Of a stretch of 64,000 nt of DNA, positions 24,887 to 41,133 are shown piece after piece (positions within the stretch are counted from its first letter, which is position 1; each line of letters starts with the position of its first letter). Origin of the DNA: an uncultured Gammaproteobacteria bacterium (GTDB taxonomy: Bacteria; Pseudomonadota; Gammaproteobacteria; UBA9214); assembly GCA_963748215.1 (NCBI GenBank), contig CAVVHS010000006.1:896001-960000 (forward strand), in the 5' to 3' direction. The notes beneath the pieces are model-generated. The model was not told the origin of the DNA. It ran no database searches and saw only the letters and a list, made by a program, of their open reading frames with translations. Position numbers and translations under genes: made by a program.

Positions 24887-25603
24887 TCAGCCCAAATCGG
24901 ACAGCTCTGAATTGATGGTACGCAATACGCCGAGCGGATCGTCAGCCTGGGTGACCGGACGTCCGATCACCAGGAAGCTGGAACCGTTGTTGATGGCATC
25001 GACCGGCGTCATCACGCGACGCTGATCGTCGCTGGCAGCGCCAGCCGGCCGGATGCCAGGCGTCACCAGCAGGAAGTCACTGCCAAACCGTGCGCGCAAG
25101 CCGGCGGTTTCACGCGAGGAACATACCACCCCGTCGAGCTCGCAGGCCCGGGCCAGCGTGGCCAGGCGCATCACATTTTCCGCCGGCGTTCCCGCCAGAC
25201 CGACACCGGCGAGATCGTGCTCGTCCATGCTGGTCAGGATAGTGACGGCAATCAGCAGCGGCTGGTGCCCGGCACGTGCGAGCCCTTCGCGCGCGGCCCG
25301 CAGCATGCGTTCACCGCCCAGCGCATGCACGTTGATCATCCACACGCCCAGTTCGGCTGCAGCATGACAGGCGCTGGCCACGGTATTCGGGATATCATGG
25401 AATTTCAGGTCGAGAAAGATCTCGAAACCGCGCGCCACCAGGCCCTCGACGAAGCGCGGGCCGGCACGGGTAAACAGTTCCTTGCCAACCTTGAGACGGC
25501 AATGGCCGGGTTCGACGCGGTCGACGAACGCCAGTGCCTGTTCCGCATCGGGATAATCCAGCGCCACGATGACTCTTGAACCGGTGCTTTGTTGTCCGCT
25601 CAT
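24887..25603 (-). CDS. pyrF: orotidine-5'-phosphate decarboxylase
   Basis: [30 protein letters not shown]. Confidence 0.96.
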   Translation of the reverse strand: MSGQQSTGSRVIVALDYPDAEQALAFVDRVEPGHCRLKVGKELFTRAGPRFVEGLVARGFEIFLDLKFHDIPNTVASACHAAAELGVWMINVHALGGERMLRAAREGLARAGHQPLLIAVTILTSMDEHDLAGVGLAGTPAENVMRLATLARACELDGVVCSSRETAGLRARFGSDFLLVTPGIRPAGAASDDQRRVMTPVDAINNGSSFLVIGRPVTQADDPLGVLRTINSELSDLG

Positions 25604-25627
25604 GGTTCGTCCCCTCGTCCGCGCGGG

Positions 25628-26794
25628 TTATTCGCCTTCCACGCCGTGAATTGGCCGGATGCTGTTCCAGTGCTTGCAGCCCGGACACTGCCAGTGCAGT
25701 GTCTTGCCGTAGAAGCCGCAGTCGATGCACTTGTAGACCGGCTTGTTCTCCAGCAACTGGTCGGTCATGTTCTTGAGGATAAGCAGGTTGTCATGGGCTG
25801 TGCCCTTGCTGCCGGCCAGACTGAGTTCGATAAAACGCGACAGGCCGCGTACCGACGGCCGCTTGCCGAGCTCACCGGCGATGAACTCCGCCGCGGCAAG
25901 CTCACCGGACTCGCGGTGCATGATATCAGCCAGCGCCAGCACCGGTGAAATACCCTCGTACTGGGTTATGGCCCGCTGCAGGAACGGCATCATGTCGCGC
26001 TCGGTGTCCAGCACCATGTGGCAGGCGTGCATGTGATCGAGTATCTCCGGCAGCAGTTCGATATCGCGTTCCGCCACCTGCTCGTAGGCCGCCAGGGCCG
26101 TCGGATAATCTCCCTTCTGCCGGGCGATATGCGCGCGGATCAGGCTGGCGCGCGCACAGTGCGGGTTGTACTCACCCGCCTGTGCCAGCAGATGCATGGC
26201 TTCGTCGATGTTCTCGCGTGCCCGCGCGTTTTCGGCGAGCTCGCAATAGTACTGCGCAATTACCGAGCGCGCGGGCTGCTCTCCCACGTAACCCATCTGC
26301 TCGGCAATGGCGATGGCATTCTCCCAGTCCTTTTCCTGCTGGTAGATATCCAGCAACTGCGGCAACACGCTGGACAGGTGCACGTTGTTGTCGATCAGCT
26401 CCCTGAACAGGCCCTCGGCACGGTCATACAGGCCGGCCTTCATGTAATCCTGCCCCAGCTCCAGCAGTGCATCGGTGCGCTGCTCATTGCTGAGACTGGG
26501 CCGCGCCACCAGGTTCTGGTGGATACGTATGGCACGATCGACCTCACCGCGCTTGCGGAACAGATTACCGAGCGCAAGATGGGTCTCGACGGTATCGCTG
26601 TTGACTTCGAGCATGCGAATGAAGACATCGATGGCCTTGTCCTGCTGCTCGTTGAGCAGGTAGTTGAGGCCCTTGAAATATTCGGAACCGAGAATGGACG
26701 CCGTGCGTTTGCCGGACTTGCCGGTGCGATGACTTGCCGCGAGCCAGCCCAGCACGGCGGCGAGCGGAAGCAATAACCAGTACAGTTCCTGCAT
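25628..26794 (-). CDS. lapB: lipopolysaccharide assembly protein B
   Basis: YFKGLNYLL..Q.DKAI, LGNLFR.RGEVDRAIRIHQNL, TPRs, C-terminal CxxC...WQCPGC. Confidence 0.94.
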   Translation of the reverse strand: MQELYWLLLPLAAVLGWLAASHRTGKSGKRTASILGSEYFKGLNYLLNEQQDKAIDVFIRMLEVNSDTVETHLALGNLFRKRGEVDRAIRIHQNLVARPSLSNEQRTDALLELGQDYMKAGLYDRAEGLFRELIDNNVHLSSVLPQLLDIYQQEKDWENAIAIAEQMGYVGEQPARSVIAQYYCELAENARARENIDEAMHLLAQAGEYNPHCARASLIRAHIARQKGDYPTALAAYEQVAERDIELLPEILDHMHACHMVLDTERDMMPFLQRAITQYEGISPVLALADIMHRESGELAAAEFIAGELGKRPSVRGLSRFIELSLAGSKGTAHDNLLILKNMTDQLLENKPVYKCIDCGFYGKTLHWQCPGCKHWNSIRPIHGVEGE

Positions 26795-27009
26795 CGGTCA
26801 GGCGCGAAGTCGAATGGGTGCAGGACAGAAAGAAACCCGCGCGGCGCATGCCGCGCGGGTCGTGACTGACAACCGTGTTGTTCTGAAACTGGATGCAGCA
26901 TGCATACCGTCAGACCGCCTGTCCTGGCCTGCCGGCCGGTTTAAACGCCGTCCGAAACACCGCCCGGCATGCCCGGGCGGTGAATATCCCGGTACCACCG
27001 GGTTGACGC

Positions 27010-27336
27010 CTATAGCTGCTGCGGTTGCTGCTGTTGCTGTTCCTTTTCCCTGGCCAGTCCGGCGTTGACCCGCTCTCTGAGCTCCTTGCCAGGCTTGAAA
27101 TGCGGCACATGCTTGGCTGCCAGTGCGACTGAATCCCCCGTCTTGGGATTCCTGCCGATACGCGGCGGCCGGTAGTGCAGGGAAAAACTGCCGAATCCCC
27201 TGATTTCAATTCGCTGGCCAGTGGCCAGCGCCCAGCTCATTTGCTCGAGAAGACTCTTGACGGCGAGTTCAACATCCTTGTAATTCAGATGCGTGTTCTT
27301 TGCCGCCAGTATCTCTATCAGTTCAGACTTTGTCAT
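27010..27336 (-). CDS. ihfB: integration host factor beta
   Basis: [38 protein letters not shown]. Confidence 0.96.
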   Translation of the reverse strand: MTKSELIEILAAKNTHLNYKDVELAVKSLLEQMSWALATGQRIEIRGFGSFSLHYRPPRIGRNPKTGDSVALAAKHVPHFKPGKELRERVNAGLAREKEQQQQQPQQL

Positions 27337-27414
27337 TTTTTTCCACCATCCCGGAGTAGCTATTCCGATCCAGTAAACCCCAACGAATAAGTCACCGCCC
27401 CCAAAGGCTGCCGA

Positions 27415-29091
27415 CTATCCCTCGTCCCCGTCCAGGTGCTTTTTCAGCACATCACCAAAGCTGGTCGTCGCCTCCGATACATTGGAACCGTAGTCCTGGA
27501 TCATTGCCGCCTCGTCGTCCGAGTCCTTGGCCTTGATCGACAGCATGATGGCGCGGCTCTTGCGATCGACGCCCATGAACTTCGCCTCGATCTCGTCACC
27601 GACGGACAGGATGGTCCTGGCGTCCTCGATGCGGTCGCGTGACAGCTCGGAGGCTCGCAGCGTGCCATCCACGCCGTCACCCAGATCGATGATGGCCGCC
27701 TTGGCATCCACTTCCCTGACCGTACCCTTCACGATGCTGCCCTTGCTGTGCTCGGCAACGAAATTCGAGAACGGGTCCTTTTCGAGCTGCTTGATACCGA
27801 GCGAAATGCGCTCCCGCTCGGGATCGACCGACAGCACCACGGCCTCGATCTCGTCACCCTTGGTGAAGCTGCGCACCGCCTCCTCGCCCGGCTCGTGCCA
27901 GGAGATGTCGGACAGGTGCACCAGGCCGTCGATATCGCCTTCCAGGCCGATGAAGATGCCGAAATCGGTGATCGACTTGATCGTGCCCTTGACCACGTCG
28001 CCCTTGTTGCGGGTGGCGCCGAACTCGTCCCAGGGATTGGGAAAGCACTGCTTGACGCCCAGCGAGATGCGGCGACGTTCCTCGTCGATATCCAGCACCA
28101 TGACCTCGACTTCCTGGCCAATGTGCACAACCTTGGACGGGTTGACGTTCTTGTTGGTCCAGTCCATTTCGGAGACATGCACCAGGCCTTCCACGCCTTC
28201 CTCGATTTCGACGAAGCAGCCGTAGTCGGCGATGTTGGTGACCTTGCCGAACAGTCGGGTGTTCGCCGGATAACGGCGCGCGAGGTCTGCCCACGGATCC
28301 TGGCCCAGCTGTTTCATGCCGAGCGAGACGCGGTTGCGCTCGCGGTCGAACTTGAGCACCTTGACATCGATTTCATCGCCGACATTGACGATCTCGGACG
28401 GGTGCTTGACGCGCTTCCACGCCATGTCGGTGATGTGCAGCAGGCCATCGATGCCGCCGAGGTCGACGAATACACCGTAATCGGTAAGGTTCTTGACGAT
28501 ACCCTTGACGACCATGCCTTCTTCCAGGTTCTCGAGCAGCGCCTCGCGTTCGGCGCTGAACTCGGTTTCCACCACGGCACGGCGCGACACGACCACGTTG
28601 TTGCGGCGCTTGTCGAGCTTGATGACCTTGAATTCCAGTTCCTTGCCTTCCAGGAACACCGGGTCGCGCACCGGTCGCACATCCACCAGCGAACCCGGCA
28701 GGAAGGCACGGATGTCGTCGATGTCGACAGTGAACCCGCCCTTGACCTTGCCGCTGATCATGCCCTTGACGATGTCCTCGTTTTCGAAGGCCTTTTCCAG
28801 ACGGCGCCAGACCTGATCGCGTTTTGCCTTTTCACGGGACAGCTTGGTTTCACCAAAACCGTCTTCCACCGCTTCCAGTGTTACCTCGACCTGGTCGCCG
28901 ACGACGACTTCCAGTTCACCCGAGGCATTCTTGAATTCTTCAATTGGAATCACACCTTCCGACTTCAAACCGGCGTTCACGATGACGCTGTCCGGTTGAA
29001 TCTCGATGACCGTTCCGATTACCACTGCGCCCCGATTCATCTCCTGGTGTGCGAGGCTTTCTTCAAACATTTCAGCAAAACTTTGAGTCAT
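27415..29091 (-). CDS. rpsA: 30S ribosomal protein S1
   Basis: SFAEMFEES start; six S1 repeats ([33 protein letters not shown]). Confidence 0.97.
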   Translation of the reverse strand: MTQSFAEMFEESLAHQEMNRGAVVIGTVIEIQPDSVIVNAGLKSEGVIPIEEFKNASGELEVVVGDQVEVTLEAVEDGFGETKLSREKAKRDQVWRRLEKAFENEDIVKGMISGKVKGGFTVDIDDIRAFLPGSLVDVRPVRDPVFLEGKELEFKVIKLDKRRNNVVVSRRAVVETEFSAEREALLENLEEGMVVKGIVKNLTDYGVFVDLGGIDGLLHITDMAWKRVKHPSEIVNVGDEIDVKVLKFDRERNRVSLGMKQLGQDPWADLARRYPANTRLFGKVTNIADYGCFVEIEEGVEGLVHVSEMDWTNKNVNPSKVVHIGQEVEVMVLDIDEERRRISLGVKQCFPNPWDEFGATRNKGDVVKGTIKSITDFGIFIGLEGDIDGLVHLSDISWHEPGEEAVRSFTKGDEIEAVVLSVDPERERISLGIKQLEKDPFSNFVAEHSKGSIVKGTVREVDAKAAIIDLGDGVDGTLRASELSRDRIEDARTILSVGDEIEAKFMGVDRKSRAIMLSIKAKDSDDEAAMIQDYGSNVSEATTSFGDVLKKHLDGDEG

Positions 29092-29247
29092 GGGAAAATT
29101 CATCCTGGTACCGCTTGTGCGGCCCATATTTGTTTCCGCGGCATCTGACGATGACGCAGGTCAGGTTAAAAGAACCGGGCGAGTCAGCGGACCCGTCCAG
29201 GCAGGGCCCTGATTATACGTGTATCTGCTTAATCGTACAGGGGTTTT

Positions 29248-29946
29248 TTAAATCTTCTTGTGGACTGCGTCCAGCACGGCCGCGAGCGTCTGGGCCTCGT
29301 TCAGTGCACTGTTATCCAGCAGGATGGCATCCCCGGCCGGCCGCAGGGGTGCCGTGGCGCGCTCCGAATCGCGTCGGTCGCGCGCCTCGACCTCCGCCAC
29401 CAGCGCCTCGAGATCGGCCTCTTTTCCCATATTTTTCAATTGATTATAGCGCCTTTCTGCACGCACGCGCGGGCTTGCGGTGAGAAAAATCTTGAGTTCC
29501 GCCGTGGGGAACACCACGGTCCCCATGTCGCGGCCGTCGGCAACCAGCCCGGGCGCCTGGCGACAGTTCCGCTGCCAGTCCAGCAGCGCCGCCCGTACCG
29601 TCGGCAGGACGGCGATCCGGGAGGCGGCGTCGCCGGCGGCCTCGGTGCGCAGTTCACGCCTGACATCCTGACCGTCCAGCAATACGGCCGGGTCACCGGC
29701 GGCAGGCAGGCGGCAGGTGGTGCCAAGCCGCGCGACCAGCGCCACCAGCCCCGGCGCGTCATCCAGCGCCACGCCGTTACGCAGTGCGGCAAGGGCCAGC
29801 AGGCGGTACAGCGAGCCGCTGTCCAGATAATGCCAGCCCAGGTGTGCCGACAGTGCCTGACAGATGGTGCCCTTGCCGGAACCACTCGGACCATCGATGG
29901 TGATGACCGGCGCGCCTTCGGCAGTCGTGTCGTCAGTTGCTGTCAC
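29248..29946 (-). CDS. cmk: cytidylate kinase
   Basis: VITIDGPSGSGKGT, LDSG.LYR, VADGRDMGTVVFP. Confidence 0.95.
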   Translation of the reverse strand: MTATDDTTAEGAPVITIDGPSGSGKGTICQALSAHLGWHYLDSGSLYRLLALAALRNGVALDDAPGLVALVARLGTTCRLPAAGDPAVLLDGQDVRRELRTEAAGDAASRIAVLPTVRAALLDWQRNCRQAPGLVADGRDMGTVVFPTAELKIFLTASPRVRAERRYNQLKNMGKEADLEALVAEVEARDRRDSERATAPLRPAGDAILLDNSALNEAQTLAAVLDAVHKKI

Positions 29947-29961
29947 AGGTGGCCCCGGTGC

Positions 29962-31272
<1,311 letters not shown>

Positions 31273-31290
31273 CCGCTGGCATCCGGCAGG

Positions 31291-32151
31291 TTATTTTTCA
31301 ACAAAACGGTCGCGCGCCGCCCTGGCGTCGCCGAAGATCTGCAGCAGGCGCTCGCCGTCACGCGCCTCAACGGCACGGTCCAGCGCCTGCAGGTCGCCGA
31401 TAAAGCGTTCGATCATCGCCTGGATGGCGGCATTGTTGGCCAGGCAGATATCGCGCCACATCACCGGGTCGCTGGAGGCGATGCGCGTGAAATCGCGGAA
31501 GCCGCCGGCGGCATATTCGAAGATTTCTCTCTTGTCCTGCAGACGCGCCAGGCTTTCCACCAGGGTAAATGCCAGTACGTGTGGCAGGTGACTGGTTGCG
31601 GCCAGCACCTCGTCGTGATGCACCGGCTCCATCTCCACCACACGTGCGCCGGCGGCTTCCCACATGACGCGCACCCGTGCGATGGCGGTGGCAGCCGTTT
31701 CCGGCAGCGGTGTCAGGATGACCCGGCGCCCCTGGTAGAGTTCCGCGAACGAGGCGCTGACCCCGCTGCGCTCGGTGCCCGCGATCGGGTGGCCCGGCAC
31801 GAAAAAATCCGCCGCTGCACCGAACACCCGCTGTGCGGAGGCGATCACGCTGCCCTTGGCGCTGCCGGCATCGGTGAGCACGGCACCGTCGGCGAGGTGA
31901 TCCGCAATGGCGGCGAACACCCCTTCCATCGCACCGAGCGGCACCGCGACCAGCACCATGTCGGCACCCTCGACGGCGCGCGCGACATCGGTCTCGTAGC
32001 GATCGATCACGCCGAGGGCGACGGCCTGCTGCAGGTTTTCCGCGCTGCGACCGGCGCCGACGATCTCCCGCACCTGCCCGGCCGCGCGCAAGGCGCGCGC
32101 CAGCGAACCGCCGATCAGCCCGACACCGATGATGCACAGCCGCTTGATCAT
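31291..32151 (-). CDS. tyrA: prephenate/arogenate dehydrogenase
   Basis: IIGVGLIGGS, TDAGSAK, GHPIAGTE, HDEVLAATSHLPH, GFRDFTRIA. Confidence 0.92.
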   Translation of the reverse strand: MIKRLCIIGVGLIGGSLARALRAAGQVREIVGAGRSAENLQQAVALGVIDRYETDVARAVEGADMVLVAVPLGAMEGVFAAIADHLADGAVLTDAGSAKGSVIASAQRVFGAAADFFVPGHPIAGTERSGVSASFAELYQGRRVILTPLPETAATAIARVRVMWEAAGARVVEMEPVHHDEVLAATSHLPHVLAFTLVESLARLQDKREIFEYAAGGFRDFTRIASSDPVMWRDICLANNAAIQAMIERFIGDLQALDRAVEARDGERLLQIFGDARAARDRFVEK

Positions 32152-33275
32152 GACAGTACCTTTTCCAGCGCTGCCAGGAAGCGCGTGTTTTCCGCGGTGC
32201 TGCCGACCGTGACACGCAGGTGATTCGGCATGGCGTAGTTGGCCACCGGGCGCACGATCACGCCTTCGTGCAACAACGCCTGGTAGACCTCCGGACCCGG
32301 ACGCCCCACATCAACGGCGACAAAATTGCCCGCCGATTCGATATACGGCAGCTGTTGCGCCGTGAAGCCGGCGACCAGCTGTTGCATGCCTTCGCGGTTA
32401 CGGCGCACGCAAACCTGCAGGTGTTCGGTATCGTCCAGCGCGGCGAGCGCGGCGGCCTGCGCAATCATGTTGACGTTGAAGGGCTGACGCACGCGGTTGA
32501 GCAGGCCGGCGACCGCGGGATGCGAGAGTGCATAACCCACGCGCAGGCCGGCGAGGCCATAGGCCTTGGAAAAGGTGCGCGTCACGATCAGGTTCGGATA
32601 GCGGTCCAGCCAGCGCGAGGTGTCCGGATAGGCCGGCGTATCGACGTATTCGAAGTAGGCCTCGTCGACCACCACCAGCACGTGGTCGGGCAGCGATGCA
32701 ATGAAGTCTTCCAGCTCCGCGGCGGGAAGCCAGGTGCCGGTCGGGTTGTTCGGGTTGGCGATGAAGATCACGCGCGTCCGCGCGCTGACCAGGGCGTGCA
32801 TGGCCGCCAGGTCATGGCCGTAGGCCGGCCCGCGGCTGCCGTCGTGCGCCGCGGCGACGCGCGCCACGCCCCCCGCCGCCTGCACCGAGATCGGGTAGAC
32901 CGCGAAGGCGAACTGTGAATAAACCGCCTCGTGCTCCGGTGTCAGGAACACCCGCGCGACCAGGTCGAGGACGTCGTTGGAACCGTTGCCCAGCGTGATA
33001 CTGCCTGGCGCGACATCGTGCAACCTCGCCAGCCGCGCGACCAGCGCGTGACCGCTGCCCTCCGGGTAGCGCGCGATACCCTGCATGGCCGCACTGCCCG
33101 CGGCAAGCGCTTTCGGGCTGGGTCCGAACGGGTTCTCGTTGGATGCCAGCTTGATGGCGTGCCGGATACCGAATTCACGCTCCAGCTCGGCGACCGGTTT
33201 GCCGGGCAGGTAGGGCTGCAGCGCGCGCACGCCGGGGGCGGCAAGGTCGATAAATTGTGTATCTGAACGTGGCAT
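32148..33275 (-). CDS. hisC: histidinol-phosphate aminotransferase
   Basis: KLASNENP.G, GNGSND, ANPNNPTG, DEAY, RTFSKAYGLAGLRVGY. Confidence 0.93.
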   Translation of the reverse strand: MPRSDTQFIDLAAPGVRALQPYLPGKPVAELEREFGIRHAIKLASNENPFGPSPKALAAGSAAMQGIARYPEGSGHALVARLARLHDVAPGSITLGNGSNDVLDLVARVFLTPEHEAVYSQFAFAVYPISVQAAGGVARVAAAHDGSRGPAYGHDLAAMHALVSARTRVIFIANPNNPTGTWLPAAELEDFIASLPDHVLVVVDEAYFEYVDTPAYPDTSRWLDRYPNLIVTRTFSKAYGLAGLRVGYALSHPAVAGLLNRVRQPFNVNMIAQAAALAALDDTEHLQVCVRRNREGMQQLVAGFTAQQLPYIESAGNFVAVDVGRPGPEVYQALLHEGVIVRPVANYAMPNHLRVTVGSTAENTRFLAALEKVLS

Positions 33276-33337
33276 TGAGTACCGCTGTTTGTTTTCAGAC
33301 ATACGCCGGGTACGTAACACGCCCCGTTGTATCGATC

Positions 33338-33474
33338 GGTGCGCAGAGCGCACCCTACTGTTAAATTAACCTGGGCAGCCGGGTGCGTTTCACGCACCAA
33401 TCTCCCAGACCGGAGACCTACCAAGCGCAGGGTGCGTTTTACGCACCATTACTGCATGAACGGAGGCACCCTAG
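33338..33474. repeat. GTAG-family REP cluster between pheA and hisC
   Basis: ggtgcgcagagcgcaccctac, gggtgcgtttcacgcacc and gcagggtgcgttttacgcacc; same units as 3127-3228. Confidence 0.8.
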
Positions 33475-34553
33475 ATAACCGCCCTCGGGTAGGAACCCAG
33501 CACCCTGACGGCAAACCCTTCTTTCTCCAGCGCGGTCAATGCAGCGGCCACCGGCGCCTCGTCACGGTGTCCTTCCACGTCGATGAAGAACACGTAGTCC
33601 CAGACACCCTTGCGCGACGGGCGTGACTCGATGCGCGTCATGCTGACACCGTTGCGCGCGATATGCTCCAGCATGGTGTAGAGCATGCCCGGCCTGTTCA
33701 CCACCGAGACCAGCAGCGAGGTCAGGTCATTGCCGCTTGGCAGTGCCTGCTGCTTGCCGATCACCAGGAAGCGCGTGGTGTTGTCCGGTTCGTCCTCGAT
33801 ATTGCGTGCCTGGATAGCGAGTCCGTAGAGTTCCGCCGCGGTCTCGCCGGCGATGGCCGCCACGCCCGGCTCGATGCTCGCGCGCCGCGCCGCCTCGGCA
33901 TTGCTCGCCACGGCAACGTGCTCTGCATGCGGCAGGTTGGCTTCCAGCCAGGCACGGCACTGCGCCAGCGCCTGCTGGTGCGCCATCACGCACGCGATGT
34001 CGGCAGCCGGGTCTTTCACCAGCAGGTGGTGATGGATACGCAGCTGCACCTCGCCGCAGATGTGCAGGCGCGAGGTCTGGAACAGATCGAGGGTGTGGCG
34101 CACCACGCCCTCGGTGGAATTCTCCACCGGCACCACGCCGTAATCGGCCGCACCCGACTCGACATCGCGGAACACGTCGTCGATGCCGTCCAGCGCCAGT
34201 GTGTTCACGGAATGGCCGAACTGTTTGAGTGCCGCCGCCTGGGTAAACGTCCCTTCCGGCCCGAGATAGGCGATGGTCAGCGGCTTTTCCAGCGCCAGGC
34301 AGGCGGACATGATCTCGCGGAACAGGCGCACCATCTCCTCGGCCGGCATCGGACCGGTGTTGCGCTCGCTGACGCGACGCAGCACGGCCACCTCGCGCTC
34401 CGGACGGTAGAAGTGCGTGTCAGCACCCTCGGCCACCTTCACGGCAGCGACCGCCTTGGCACAGGCAGCACGCTCGTTGATCAACAGCTGGATCTCCTCG
34501 TCCAGCACGTCGATACGCTTGCGCAGCTGCTCCAGCTTGCCGTCGGCATTCAT
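33471..34553 (-). CDS. pheA: chorismate mutase/prephenate dehydratase
   Basis: LRKRID.LD, YRPERE, LGPEGTF, VPVENSTEG, NTTRFLVIG, TRIESRPS. Confidence 0.95.
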   Translation of the reverse strand: MNADGKLEQLRKRIDVLDEEIQLLINERAACAKAVAAVKVAEGADTHFYRPEREVAVLRRVSERNTGPMPAEEMVRLFREIMSACLALEKPLTIAYLGPEGTFTQAAALKQFGHSVNTLALDGIDDVFRDVESGAADYGVVPVENSTEGVVRHTLDLFQTSRLHICGEVQLRIHHHLLVKDPAADIACVMAHQQALAQCRAWLEANLPHAEHVAVASNAEAARRASIEPGVAAIAGETAAELYGLAIQARNIEDEPDNTTRFLVIGKQQALPSGNDLTSLLVSVVNRPGMLYTMLEHIARNGVSMTRIESRPSRKGVWDYVFFIDVEGHRDEAPVAAALTALEKEGFAVRVLGSYPRAVI

Positions 34554-34590
34554 GGCGTCGATAGTACCGGATCAGGCGCTGATTGGCAGC

Positions 34591-35757
34591 CTAGAGCGCG
34601 CGCACATTCAGCACACCCTTGATCGCGGAAATTTTATCCAGGCAGCCCGGCTGCGGCGCGGAATCGACATCCACCAGCGTATAGGCCAGTTCGCCTCGCG
34701 ACTTGTTGAGCATGTCGAGGATGTTGAGGCCGGACTCGGCCATGCAGGTGGAGATCTGGCCGAGCATGTTGGGCACGTTCTCGTTGACGATCGCCACACG
34801 GAAGCCCTCGCTGCGCGGCATCATCATCTCGGGAAAATTGACCGAGTTGCGTACATTGCCGTTTTCCAGGTACTCGCGCACCTCCTCGGCGACCATGACG
34901 GCGCAGTTTTCCTCCGCCTGCAGCGTGGAAGCGCCGAGGTGCGGCAACGTAATCACACGCGGATGATTCTTCAGTCAGGTTGCTCGGGAAATCGCACACG
35001 TAGGCATAGAGCTTCCCGGCATCGATGGCCTCGACCACCGCCGCGTCGTCGACCACGCCGTCACGCGAGAAATTCAGCACCACGAGGTTTTTGCGAACAC
35101 GCCGGAGCCGCTCGCGCGTTGATCAGCTTGCGGGTCTCGTCGATCAGCGGCACGTGGAAGGTGACGAAATCGACATTGGCCAGCAGGTCCTCGATGCTGG
35201 TCGCCTGGCGTACCTGCGCGGACATCTCCCAGGCGCGCTGCACCGTGATGTCCGGATCGAAACCGATCACGTTCATGCCCAGCGCCAGCGCCCCGTTGGC
35301 GACCTGCACGCCGATCGCACCCAGGCCGACGACGCCCAGCGTCTTGCCGGGCAGCTCGAAACCGACGAACTGTTTCTTGCCGGCCTCGACCGCCTTGTGA
35401 ATGCCGGCGTCATCGCCGTCCAGCGTACGCGCGAAATCCCACGCCTGGCAGATGTTGCGCGAGGCCAGCAGCATGCCGGCGATCACCAGTTCCTTGACGG
35501 CGTTGGCGTTGGCGCCGGGCGCATTGAACACCGGGATGCCGGCTCCGCTCATGCGTTCCACGGGGATGTTGTTGACACCGGCACCGGCGCGGCCGACCGC
35601 CTTCACCGACGGCGGTATCTCCATGTCGTGCATGTTGAAGGAGCGCAGCAGGATGGCGTCCGGGTGCTGGATTTCCGAGGCGACCTCATAGCGACTCGCG
35701 CGGCAGACGTTCCAGACCGAGCGGGGAAATATTGTTGAGTGTGAGAATCTTGTACAT
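34591..35757 (-). CDS. serA: D-3-phosphoglycerate dehydrogenase with ACT domain (frameshifted)
   Basis: MYKILTLNNIS start; RAGAGVNNI, NAPGANANAVKE, GVVGLGAIG, PHLGAST, NVPNMLGQI. Confidence 0.9.
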
Positions 35758-35809
35758 GCGGTGCATGTTCTGTCACTAGCGATCGTGGCTGAAACGCATC
35801 CGGCAATGC

Positions 35810-36892
35810 TCAGCCGTGGCTGCGCTCGAATTCCTCCATGAAGCCGATCAGCGCATCGACGCCGGCTTCCGGCATGGCATTGTAGATGCTGGCGCGCATG
35901 CCGCCGACCGAGCGGTGACCCTTGAGGTTGAGCAGTCCGGCTTCCCTGGCAGCGGACAGGAAATCGCCGTCCAGGTCGGGGTTGGCCAGCGTGAACGGCA
36001 CATTCATCCACGAACGGCAGGCCGGGTCGACCGGGCTGCGGTAGAAATCCGAGGCATCGATCGCGTCGTAGAGACGTTGCGCCTTGCGCCGGTTGATCTC
36101 CGCCATGGCCGCGAGGCCGCCCTGCCCCTTCAGCCACTCGAACACCAGGCCGGCCAGGTACCAGGCGAAGGTCGGCGGCGTGTTGAACATGGAGCCATTG
36201 TCGGCATGCGCCTGGTAATCGAACATCGACGGCGTGCCGGGCAGCGTGGTCCCGATCAGGTCGTCGCGCACGATCACCACCGTCAGGCCGGCCGGGCCGA
36301 TGTTCTTCTGCGCGCCGGCGTAGATCAGGCCGTAACGTGACACATCGACGGCCGCGAGAGGATGGTCGAAGACATGTCCGCGACCAGCGGCACATCACCG
36401 GTATCCGGGATTTCGTGAAACTCGACACCGCCGATGGTCTCGTTCGGCGTGTAGTGCACGTAGGCCGCCCGGGCATTCAGCTGCCAGCTGTCGAACGCCG
36501 GGATGGTGGTGAACTTGCTGTCCGCCGAACTGGCCGCAACGTTCACCTCGCAAAAGCGCTGCGCCTCGGCGATCGCCTTCTTCGACCAGGCGCCGGTATT
36601 GATATAGTCCGCCTGCGTTGCTCCGCGCAGCAGGTTCATCGGCACCATGGCAAACTGGCTGGTCGCGCCACCCTGCAGGAACAGCACCTTGTAGTTGTCG
36701 GGAATCGCCAGCAGCTCGCGCAGATCTGCCTCGGCCTGCGCGGCGATCGACAGGAATTCCTTGCTGCGGTGACTCATCTCCATCACCGACATGCCGGTAC
36801 CGTGCCAGTCCAGCAACTCGTCGCGCGCCTGGTGCAGCACGGTCTTGCGGCAGCACTGCCGGCCCGGCGCTGAAATTGAATACGTCAGACAT
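35810..36892 (-). CDS. serC: phosphoserine aminotransferase (frameshifted)
   Basis: [50 protein letters not shown]. Confidence 0.94.
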
Positions 36893-36927
36893 GTGAACCC
36901 TGCTGGATGTAAATGTGGCTGTTGAAA

Positions 36928-39516
<2,589 letters not shown>

Positions 39517-39696
39517 TCAGACGGGTTCCGTACGCCCCTGCTGCGGTGGTTCAGGGCGGGTTATTCTGCCTGACGGCAGCTACAGCGTTAAAGCCGGACA
39601 TTTTAGCATAGCCGTCTCCCCCACTACACCTGGAGAATGTCGATTTCTGGAGCGACTGGGGCGGTTTGCGGCCCGCGCCGGCAGCAGGGCCGAATT

Positions 39697-40749
39697 TCAG
39701 CCGGCCGAGTGCCGTGCGGCGAAGCTGCGCAGCTGTTCGCGGTCCGGGGCCGCAATCACCCCGGCCTCGGTGACCAGGTAGTCGACCAGCCCGGCCGGCG
39801 TCACGTCGAACACGGGGTTCCAGGCCGCCGCCCCGCTCGCCGCCACCGGCTGGCCGGCCAGAGTCAGGATTTCGCTGGCCGGCCGCTCCTCGATCACCAC
39901 CTGCTGCCCGTCCGGCATGGCCATGTCCAGTGTCGACAGCGGCGCCGCGACCATCATTTTCACGCCGTGGAAGCGGCACGCCACTGCCAGCTGGTAGGTA
40001 CCGATCTTGTTGATGACATCGCCGTTCGCCGCGACACGGTCGGCGCCGGTGATGACCCATTGCACCTTGCCGCGCTGCATGAGAAAGGCCGCGGCATTGT
40101 CCGTGATCAGCGTGACCGGGATACCGTCGCGGACCAGCTCCCAGGCCGTCAACCGCGCCCCCTGCAGCCACGGGCGTGTCTCGCCGGCATAGACCGCGGC
40201 CAGCTTCCCCGCCGCCCAGGCACTGCGCACCACGCCCAGTGCGGTACCGTAGCCGCCGGTGGCAAGCGACCCGGTATTACAGTAGGTCAGCACGGCATCG
40301 CCCGCGTTGATCAACGCCGCGCCGGCATCCCCCATGCGGCGGTTGGCCTGGACATCCTCGTCGTGGATGGCCCGGGCAGCCGCCAGCAGCGACGGCACCG
40401 GCCGCTCGCCGGCCGCCTCCAGTGCCGCCTGCATGCGCTGCAGCGCCCACACCAGGTTGACGGCAGTCGGGCGCGCCGCCGCCAGGGCCTGGATATCCCG
40501 CGCCACCTCCGCACGCCAGTCGGCCGGCGACGACTGCAGGTGCTGCTGCACCGACAGCACCACGGCATAGGCGGCCGTGATGCCGATCGCGGGCGCGCCG
40601 CGCACCACCAGGTCACGGATCGCCTGTGCGACAGCGGGGGCGTCGGTGAGCAACAGGTATTCTTCACGCGCCGGCAACAGGCGCTGGTCGAGCAGGCGCA
40701 GACCGGCATCGGTCCACTCAATGGCATGGAATTCTGGCTGTACGGACAT
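39697..40749 (-). CDS. mtnA: methylthioribose-1-phosphate isomerase
   Basis: [56 protein letters not shown]. Confidence 0.94.
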   Translation of the reverse strand: MSVQPEFHAIEWTDAGLRLLDQRLLPAREEYLLLTDAPAVAQAIRDLVVRGAPAIGITAAYAVVLSVQQHLQSSPADWRAEVARDIQALAAARPTAVNLVWALQRMQAALEAAGERPVPSLLAAARAIHDEDVQANRRMGDAGAALINAGDAVLTYCNTGSLATGGYGTALGVVRSAWAAGKLAAVYAGETRPWLQGARLTAWELVRDGIPVTLITDNAAAFLMQRGKVQWVITGADRVAANGDVINKIGTYQLAVACRFHGVKMMVAAPLSTLDMAMPDGQQVVIEERPASEILTLAGQPVAASGAAAWNPVFDVTPAGLVDYLVTEAGVIAAPDREQLRSFAARHSAG

Positions 40750-41133
40750 GTGGCTGGAAAACTCGCTGGCGATGGCGGGGCATCATTGTACTGATTTAAT
40801 CCGGGAATGGAGATCCGGGCAGAGCTGGCAGCGGGACACAAAGGCGTCTAGAATTGCCATGACTAAAACAGGGTTGGTGATACCGGTCATTGCTAGCGGA
40901 TTTAACGATTGTTGCATGCCCGCAACACATCGATCGATATGTGGTTTTTTTGAAAATTGCTGTTGCATTTTTGCATTTCCGTGTTGTAAAGTGCGCACCA
41001 GCAATGGCAAGACCTAGGTTTTCAACCATTCTTCCTTGAATGAGGCAATCAGATCCACGAGAATGCCGGACCGATTTTAAATTCTTTCAAAACCAGATTT
41101 TTTTATTATCAAAACCACAGGAGTGGCTATCCA

